NCBI GenBank assembly: GCA_015478665.1
Contig: JADMII010000004.1
Location: forward strand, 80,586-144,585
DNA length: 64,000 bases
DNA from: Dehalococcoidia bacterium
GTDB lineage: Bacteria; Chloroflexota; Dehalococcoidia; DSTF01; JACRBR01
Direction of reading: 5' to 3'
The first letter of the stretch is position 1, and each line of letters begins with the position of its first letter. This document shows positions 57,714-64,000 of this stretch, in pieces. The notes under the pieces are model-generated. The model was not told the origin of the DNA, did not search any database, and saw nothing but the letters and a program-made list of their open reading frames with translations. A program made the position numbers and the translations under genes.

Positions 57714-58702
57714 ACGGCGTACTCGCGCGGGCGGAACAGCTCCAGGTTGCTGCGGATCCAGTCCGTCGTCCGCCGCAGCCCCTCGTCGAGGGGCACCTGC
57801 GACCGCCACCCGGCAAGCCGCAGCGCCTTCGAGCTGTCGGCGTGCAGGCGGGATACTTCGCTCGCCGCCGGCCGCAGGCGCTGCTCGTCGCCTTCCACCT
57901 CCAGCTCGCGGCCGATGATGGCGCCGACCTTCGAGACGATCTCGCGGATGCTCACTTCGCTCCCCGAGCCGATATTCACCACCTCGCCGACCGCCGCGTC
58001 GGCAGCGGCGACGGAGACGAAGCCGCGCGCCGTATCCTCGACGAATGTGAAGTCGCGCGTCGTATCGAGCGTGCCCAGGCGGAGCGGGCCGCCGCGGAGC
58101 GCCTGCGCGATGATCGTCGGGATGACGGCGCGCGCGGACTGCCTGGGGCCGTAGGCATTGAACGGCCGCACGACGAGGATCGGCAGCCCGAACGAGCGCT
58201 GGAAGCTCAGGCCCAGCGCGTCGGCGGCGATCTTCGTCGCCGCGTACGGCGACTGCGCCTGCAGCGGGTGCTCCTCGTCCATCGGCACGCGCTGGGCCGA
58301 GCCGTAGACCTCGCTGGTCGACGTCAGCACGATGCGTTCGAGGCCGCCGAGCTCCTTCGCGGCCAGCAGGACGTTCGTCGTGCCGATGACGTTGGTATCG
58401 ATCACCTCCTGTGGGTGCTCGTAGGAGTACGGGATGCCGATGAGCGCGGCGAGGTGGAAGACAGCGTCGGCGCCGCGCATCACCTCGCGCACGGCGTCGA
58501 AGTCACGGACATCGCCGTGCGTGACCTCTGTGCGGGCGAGCGTCTCCGGCCCGAGCTGGTCGAGGCAGCCGCGCTGGCCGCGCGAAGTGTAGCGCAGCAT
58601 CGCCCGCACCTGCGCGCCTTCGGCCGTCAGCCGTTCGACGACGTGGCTGCCGATGAAGCCGCCGGCGCCCGTGACGACGACCGCCTTAGCGTCGAATGAC
58701 AC
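57710..58702 (-). CDS. NAD-dependent nucleotide-sugar 4,6-dehydratase/epimerase (LegB-like)
   Basis: VTGAGGFIGSH, HLAALIGIPYSY, TSTSEVYG, QSPYAATK, RPFN.YGPRQSARAVIP, RDFTFV.DT. Confidence 0.9.
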   Translation of the reverse strand: MSFDAKAVVVTGAGGFIGSHVVERLTAEGAQVRAMLRYTSRGQRGCLDQLGPETLARTEVTHGDVRDFDAVREVMRGADAVFHLAALIGIPYSYEHPQEVIDTNVIGTTNVLLAAKELGGLERIVLTSTSEVYGSAQRVPMDEEHPLQAQSPYAATKIAADALGLSFQRSFGLPILVVRPFNAYGPRQSARAVIPTIIAQALRGGPLRLGTLDTTRDFTFVEDTARGFVSVAAADAAVGEVVNIGSGSEVSIREIVSKVGAIIGRELEVEGDEQRLRPAASEVSRLHADSSKALRLAGWRSQVPLDEGLRRTTDWIRSNLELFRPREYAV

Positions 58703-58910
58703 GCATCCCCCTGCCGATCAGCCGCAGCACCAGGCCGCTGAGCGCGACCAGTGCCAGTATGGCGCAGACGAGAGCCCAGATGTACAGCGTGATCAGGAGT
58801 GAGAGCCGGAACGGCGCGCCCGTCGTCAGCACGACGAGCACCGCCAGCAGCGGCGACGCAACGAAGAGGCCGGCCGAAACGCGGAACCAGTGGCTTGCGA
58901 GCGGACTCAT
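58686..58910 (-). CDS. Small two-TM membrane protein (74 aa)
   Basis: MSPLASHWFRV..; two hydrophobic helices; overlaps both neighbours. Confidence 0.6.
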   Translation of the reverse strand: MSPLASHWFRVSAGLFVASPLLAVLVVLTTGAPFRLSLLITLYIWALVCAILALVALSGLVLRLIGRGMRVIRR

Positions 58911-60289
58911 CGACCAACTGTCTCCCGGGCGACGGGCGCCACCGAGCGCCCGCCCGTGAGCTGACGCCAGCGCTCCCCGGTCATCCGCCAGATCTCCGCG
59001 AGCGACACCGATGCGAAGACGCTGAGCGGGATGTACAGCGCGTAATGATATCGGGGATCGCCGACGAACAGCACGCCAAACAGCAGCACGTAGAACGGCA
59101 CCAGCGCCAGCAGAACCCACATTCTCAGGTCGCGACGACGGAACCAGAGCGGCGCGCCGGCGAGGGCGAGTGCCATCAGCCCGTAGAAGGCGAAGTTCGA
59201 CAGCCGGATCAGCTTGTCGGCGCCGGCCGCGCCGAACCACGGCTTGTTGCTCTGGGTCCACGTGACGCCGGCATCGTCGCTGCCCAGGAAGAAGTATGTC
59301 CGCTGCGGGATCAGTCGCAGCTCCCGCGGGATGTGCGTGAGCGCCCAGCGCCGCGCCATACGGGACCCGGCGGCGTTCGACTCGACCTCCGCCTTCGTGC
59401 GGTTGAGGCGCTGATACGGCGCTTCGAGCCGCAGCACCGCCTCGAGGCTGCGGCCGCCGTTCGTCGCCGGGTTGTGCGCCTGGAACGCCACCCGCCCCGA
59501 GCCTGTCGTGCCGGCGATCAGTGCATCCATCTGCACCGCGTTCCGCACGACCCACGGCGCCACGATGACGGCGGCGCCGACGGCGAGCGCCGCCAGCGGC
59601 AGCGCCGCCTGCCGTCGATAGCGGATGAGGAGCAGCAGCGCGATCACGGCGCCGTACGCGAGGAACTCGCCGCGGACGTAGCCGGTGAAGGCGACGAGCG
59701 CACCCAGCCCGGCGAGCAGCGCGGGGCGCGGGCGCTGCCGGTCGAAGACGAAGTACACGCAGATGGTGATTGTCAGCGCCAGCAGGAAGCCGAAGTACGT
59801 CTCGGTGAGGAGGACGCCGGTGAACAGCACATGCCCCGGCAGGATCGCCAGGGCGAGGCCGGCGAAGGCGCCGGCAGTCAGGTCGAACAGCTTGCGGGCG
59901 ATGAGGAACACGAGCACGGGCGTCATGGCGCCGACCAGCACGTTGAAGAGGCGGGCCGCCCAGAGCGAATTCCCGGTCGCCAGATAGATCACCGAGAGCG
60001 TCGCCGGGTAGCCCGGCGGCCAGAGCGCCGTTGCCGTCACGTCTTGCTGCCCGAGGTAGATGGCGCTGCCATCCGGCGCCTTCCAGACCGTCGGGTCGAA
60101 GACGTAGCCGTCGCCGGCGGCGAGGTGGCGGGCCGCGGCGTCGTAGAAGACGCTGTCGTCGTAGCGCCCGTCGCGCGGGTTGGGGTGCACGTAGGCGACG
60201 AAGGCCAGCCGCACGACCAGCGACAGGGCGAAGATGGCGATGATCCAGCGCGCCTCCGGCACCGCCAGCCAGCGTTCGACGCGCCTCAC
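58907..60289 (-). CDS. GT-C fold membrane glycosyltransferase (ArnT/PMT-like), paralog 3
   Basis: TM1-R..DD..FY loop, WPPGYP, LTE, PW.VRN, GDPRY. Confidence 0.8.
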   Translation of the reverse strand: MRRVERWLAVPEARWIIAIFALSLVVRLAFVAYVHPNPRDGRYDDSVFYDAAARHLAAGDGYVFDPTVWKAPDGSAIYLGQQDVTATALWPPGYPATLSVIYLATGNSLWAARLFNVLVGAMTPVLVFLIARKLFDLTAGAFAGLALAILPGHVLFTGVLLTETYFGFLLALTITICVYFVFDRQRPRPALLAGLGALVAFTGYVRGEFLAYGAVIALLLLIRYRRQAALPLAALAVGAAVIVAPWVVRNAVQMDALIAGTTGSGRVAFQAHNPATNGGRSLEAVLRLEAPYQRLNRTKAEVESNAAGSRMARRWALTHIPRELRLIPQRTYFFLGSDDAGVTWTQSNKPWFGAAGADKLIRLSNFAFYGLMALALAGAPLWFRRRDLRMWVLLALVPFYVLLFGVLFVGDPRYHYALYIPLSVFASVSLAEIWRMTGERWRQLTGGRSVAPVARETVGR

Positions 60290-61569
60290 GACCGCAGCTC
60301 CAGCAGCGAGCGGTGCCGCCGGTCCCAGAGCGCGACGACCGTCGCGGCGGCGATGATCACGACGAGCGGGATCGCCGGGAAGTGGAAGCGCGGGTCGCCG
60401 AAGAAGACGAGCGGGATGGCCAGCACGTAGAGCAGCGCCGCCAGCAGGAAGGCGCGCCGGATGTCCTTCGAGAGCGCGAAGGCCAGGGCGCCGCAGATCG
60501 CCACCAGGCCCGTCGCATAGTAGATGGCGTTCGCCGCGAAGGAGAGCACATCCCGCCGCCCCTGCGGAATGAAGTTGTCGTACCCGTACGACTGCGTCGC
60601 GTACAACCCGTCGTCGTCCGTGTACAGCAGCCAGTACGCCTTCCGGGCGATCAGCCCCGGCATCCGCAGTGGATCGCGGACGACGTCCTTGATCGCCGTC
60701 CGCACGCCGTCGCGGTTGCGCTGCAGCTCGACCTGCTGCGGCGAGAGGCCGTCGTAGCCGGCGAAGCACTTGCCGTACAGAAGAAAGGCGCCGGTCGCGC
60801 CGCTGAAGTTGCCGATGCAGAGGTCGTCGCCGAGGTTCGTCGAGGTGCCGACGGGCGTGTCGAACGCCAGCGTGTTGCGGACGGACCACGGCACCGTCAG
60901 TACGGCGACGCCCGCCAGCACGACGAGCGTCTGCACGACGGCGCGCCTCCTGGAACGCAGGTAGAACCACCAGACCGCGAGCAGCAGCAGTGGGAAGGCG
61001 AGCGTGATCGCCCGCGTCATCGTCGCGGCGCTCAGCAGCACGCCGACGGCGAAGAGGCGCTGCCACGACATCCCCTCGCGCTCCCACGGATGCCATAACA
61101 ACACCAGCAGCGCCGCCATCAGCAGCAGCGTGAACAGGGGCTCGGACAGCACGCTGCCCGTATAGAACACCTGGCTGGGGAAGATCGCGAGCAGCGCGCC
61201 CGCGGCGAAGCCGACGCGCCGGTCGAGCAGCCGCGCCGCCAGCGCATAGGCGAGCAGCACCGTGAGGGCGCCGAAGACGCCGTTCATCATTTTGATCGAG
61301 AAGGTGCTGCGTCCCCAGCCGAACAGGTCGCCCGCCTTCTTCAGGCCGCCGAGCGTCGCCGGGAAGCCGACGGGGTAATAGGCGAACTTCTCGCCCGTCG
61401 GACGCACGTAGCCGTCGCCGTCGGCGATGAGGTCGCCGAAGAGGACGTACAGTGACGGGTCGTTGAGCCCCTTCGGCGGCCGGTCGGCGTACGACACCCA
61501 GGCCGCGCGGGGGATGATCGCCATCACGAACAGCGCCAGCAGCAGGACGACGTCGATCCGCGCCGGCAT
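60286..61569 (-). CDS. GT-C fold membrane glycosyltransferase, paralog 2
   Basis: R...ND..Y loop, YPVGFP, LSEPLF, PWSVRN, FFGDPRF. Confidence 0.8.
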   Translation of the reverse strand: MPARIDVVLLLALFVMAIIPRAAWVSYADRPPKGLNDPSLYVLFGDLIADGDGYVRPTGEKFAYYPVGFPATLGGLKKAGDLFGWGRSTFSIKMMNGVFGALTVLLAYALAARLLDRRVGFAAGALLAIFPSQVFYTGSVLSEPLFTLLLMAALLVLLWHPWEREGMSWQRLFAVGVLLSAATMTRAITLAFPLLLLAVWWFYLRSRRRAVVQTLVVLAGVAVLTVPWSVRNTLAFDTPVGTSTNLGDDLCIGNFSGATGAFLLYGKCFAGYDGLSPQQVELQRNRDGVRTAIKDVVRDPLRMPGLIARKAYWLLYTDDDGLYATQSYGYDNFIPQGRRDVLSFAANAIYYATGLVAICGALAFALSKDIRRAFLLAALLYVLAIPLVFFGDPRFHFPAIPLVVIIAAATVVALWDRRHRSLLELRS

Positions 61570-61646
61570 CCGTCGTCGCGCCCGGGCCGGTTGCCGTTCG
61601 AGCGGCGGCGCCGGCAGGGCGCGGGCGGAAGCGGGCACCTCGGCAC

Positions 61647-62945
61647 TCACGCGGGAGCGTACCCCCGGTCGAGGCTCGGTTCGCGCCGGAGCACGACGGC
61701 TGGCAGGGCGAGCAGGCCGCGCGCCGCGAGCAGCGCGATGATGAAGACGACGGGGAAGTGGAAGCGCGAATCGCCGAAGAAGACGATGTGCACGGCCGTC
61801 CAGGCGAGGAGCGTCAGCGGCAGCACGGCCAGCGGCCCGCGCAGCCGCCGTCGCTCGACGATCAGGCCAGCGCCCGCGAGCCCGAGTGCGGCGAACCAGA
61901 AGCCGTTCGCCACCGCGCGCAGCAGGTCTTCGGCGGGGATCGTGTCGCGGCTGGTGCCGTACGCGGTGTTCCAGTCGAGCGCCGTGGCATCGGACTCGTA
62001 GAGCGCGCGCACCTTGAGGCCGGCGAGACGCACCTCGTCTACGGGATGCGTCGCGATATAGCCGAGCGCCTTGCGCAGCTGCATCTGGTCGCCCTTGATC
62101 TCGTACTGCTGCTGCGTCAGCCCGATACGGCTCGGCAGCGGCAGCGGCTGGTCGCTCTGCATCCTGCCCGACGACCCGGCGTGGTTCCCCAGCCAGAGGT
62201 TTCCGCCGACGTTGGCGGCGATCAGCACCGGGCTTTCGAGCTCTCGTTCGTTTCGCACGACCCACGGCGCCAGCAGGACGCCGGTGACGGCCGCGGCTAG
62301 GATACCCCAGCCGATCGCCCGCCGCCATCGCACGCCGCAGGCACGCCAGGCGACGGAGGCCAGCGGCAGCAGCATCAGCGCCTGGCCGCGCGTCAGGGCC
62401 GCGGCGGCGGTGACGGCGCCGAAGAGGATGAGCAGCGCCCCGCCCCAGGCGCCCCGCTCCGGCATGAGGAGGATCAGCCACACGGCCGTGACGAAGAGCA
62501 GCGTGAACAGCACTTCGGACAGCGTCAGCGACGCGAAGAAGACCTGCCCCGGCCAGATCGCCAGCGCAACGCCGGCCAGCAGCGCGGTGCGCCGCTCGAA
62601 GAGCTGGATGCCGATGGCGTACACGACGGCCACGGTCAGCGCTGCCAGGACCGTGTTGGCGATGTAGGTCTGTGCCAGGCCGGCGCCGAAGGCCTTGAAC
62701 ACGGCGCCAAGGAACACCGGGTAGCCGGGCGGCCAGAGCGCGGTCGGCGTGCCGCTGTAGGGGTTCGCGTAGCCGCGGCCCAGCGCCACCAGCGCCGCGC
62801 TGTTGCGGTACCAGACGGTGTCGTCGAAGCGCCCGTCGTTCGGGTCAGGGTGGATGGCGCTGATCCAGGCGAGCCGCGTCGCCAGCGCCAGCAGGAGGAG
62901 GAGACCCAGCGCCGGGAGATGCCGCCGGATCGATGCCGTGTTCAA
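61647..62945 (-). CDS. GT-C fold membrane glycosyltransferase, paralog 1
   Basis: R..DGRFDD..WY loop, WPPGYP, LSEVLF, PWVVRN, FFGDSRF. Confidence 0.8.
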   Translation of the reverse strand: MNTASIRRHLPALGLLLLLALATRLAWISAIHPDPNDGRFDDTVWYRNSAALVALGRGYANPYSGTPTALWPPGYPVFLGAVFKAFGAGLAQTYIANTVLAALTVAVVYAIGIQLFERRTALLAGVALAIWPGQVFFASLTLSEVLFTLLFVTAVWLILLMPERGAWGGALLILFGAVTAAAALTRGQALMLLPLASVAWRACGVRWRRAIGWGILAAAVTGVLLAPWVVRNERELESPVLIAANVGGNLWLGNHAGSSGRMQSDQPLPLPSRIGLTQQQYEIKGDQMQLRKALGYIATHPVDEVRLAGLKVRALYESDATALDWNTAYGTSRDTIPAEDLLRAVANGFWFAALGLAGAGLIVERRRLRGPLAVLPLTLLAWTAVHIVFFGDSRFHFPVVFIIALLAARGLLALPAVVLRREPSLDRGYAPA

Positions 62946-62967
62946 GCTCCCGTCGGTCCTGTCCCCG

Positions 62968-64000
62968 CTACTCGCCCTTCACCATCGCCGGAGTCACGCG
63001 CTCCAGGCGACCCTGCTTCAGTTCCACAAGATACGGCACGCCGGACAGGCTCCGCTGCAGGCGCTCGAAGTCCGCCGACGTGACCGCGCGCACGGCGACG
63101 TCGCGGCCATACAGCGCCCGCCCGACGGAGAGCATCCAGCCGGACTGCCAGTAGGGGTTCGTCCACTGGCCCTGGTCGTCCACGACGTACACGGTGTGCC
63201 CCGGCGGCACCGTCGGGTACTGCTCGCGCAGGTCGCGCGCCAGCAGCTGCCAGCGCGCCGTGTCCTGCAGGAACGGCTCGGTCTGGGACGTCGTCTGCCA
63301 CGCGTAGAGGCCGCCGACCGCGACGAGCGCCGCCGCCGCCAGGACGTGCGCGGCGTAGCGGTTGAAGCGCACTGCGTGCTGGTGCGCCCAGCCGGCCGCG
63401 ACGGCGACGAGGATCGCGAAGAACGGCAGCGAGAGGTACGTGTAGCGCGTCGCCGTCCAGAGCTTGCTCGGCACGTAGGGCATCAGCCCGGCGACGACGC
63501 CGACGGCCGCCACGCGCGCGATGTTTGGCCCGCGGACGAAGAAGAAGATGCACCAGGCCGCCACGGCGGAGCCCACCGCCCATTCGACCGCCGTCGGTTC
63601 CTTGCGGATGGCGCCGACCGGATACGCCAGCCGGGACATGTACACCCACGTCTCGCGCGGGATGTGCCAGCCCAGGCCGTAGAAGCCGCCGTCGACCCCC
63701 TGGCAGCCGCAGCCGCTCAGGCCGCCGACGAGCAGCACCGAGGCGACGGCGAACGGCGCCATCTTCACCGCGAAGTCGAGCGCATCGCGGCGCCGCCAGA
63801 GCGACGCCCCGGCGAAGTAGACGATGAGCACCGCCGCCATGACGACGCCGCCTTCGTTCGCCAGAAAGCCGAGCACGAACGAGAGGAAGGAGAGCCAGTA
63901 CCACGCCGCCCGCCGCTCGCCGCTCTCGACGTAGCGGTAGAGGCTATAGAGCGCGCCGAGAAGGAACAGCTCGCTGAGGACGTGCGGCAGCGCGGTGATG
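62968..64000 (-). CDS. Multi-pass membrane protein, GT-C-like (5' end outside window)
   Basis: Hydrophobic helices continue to the window edge; RY.Y motif then a soluble C-terminal tail. Confidence 0.6.
   Translation of the reverse strand, partial: ITALPHVLSELFLLGALYSLYRYVESGERRAAWYWLSFLSFVLGFLANEGGVVMAAVLIVYFAGASLWRRRDALDFAVKMAPFAVASVLLVGGLSGCGCQGVDGGFYGLGWHIPRETWVYMSRLAYPVGAIRKEPTAVEWAVGSAVAAWCIFFFVRGPNIARVAAVGVVAGLMPYVPSKLWTATRYTYLSLPFFAILVAVAAGWAHQHAVRFNRYAAHVLAAAALVAVGGLYAWQTTSQTEPFLQDTARWQLLARDLREQYPTVPPGHTVYVVDDQGQWTNPYWQSGWMLSVGRALYGRDVAVRAVTSADFERLQRSLSGVPYLVELKQGRLERVTPAMVKGE

Overview
Gene-dense, very GC-rich bacterial chromosomal segment. The gene set and protein style suggest Chloroflexota, possibly Dehalococcoidia-like; this is an inference with no database search. 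It is mostly housekeeping: nadA, murE-like, pheA, CysM-like, htpX, speD, plsY, aspA-like, pepA, tRNA-Lys(TTT), glyA and purF-purM-purH. Main non-core modules: (i) a carbamoyltransferase-GT2-radical SAM/SPASM-SRPBCC/DUF378-DUF2231 cluster at the left edge; (ii) a tightly coupled nurA-herA-sbcD-sbcC operon resembling the archaeal DNA end-resection set; (iii) a compositionally distinct nhaA-DsbA/CDGSH/SnoaL/VOC patch; (iv) at the right edge, a glycosylation locus with 3-4 tandem GT-C-type membrane glycosyltransferases. The most striking signal not shown in the ORF track lies upstream of glyA: a sigma70-like promoter, a 16-codon leader ORF with three GGA (Gly) codons, and mutually exclusive antiterminator/terminator hairpins, i.e. 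a candidate glycine-sensing ribosomal attenuator. Also seen: an NrtR-like operator at nadA, a structured leader before speD, several apparently leaderless genes, dispersed REP-like and heptamer repeats, and compensating frameshifts in the radical SAM gene. No CRISPR array, integrase or transposase was recognised. Start codons were often chosen by eye and differ from the ORF track.
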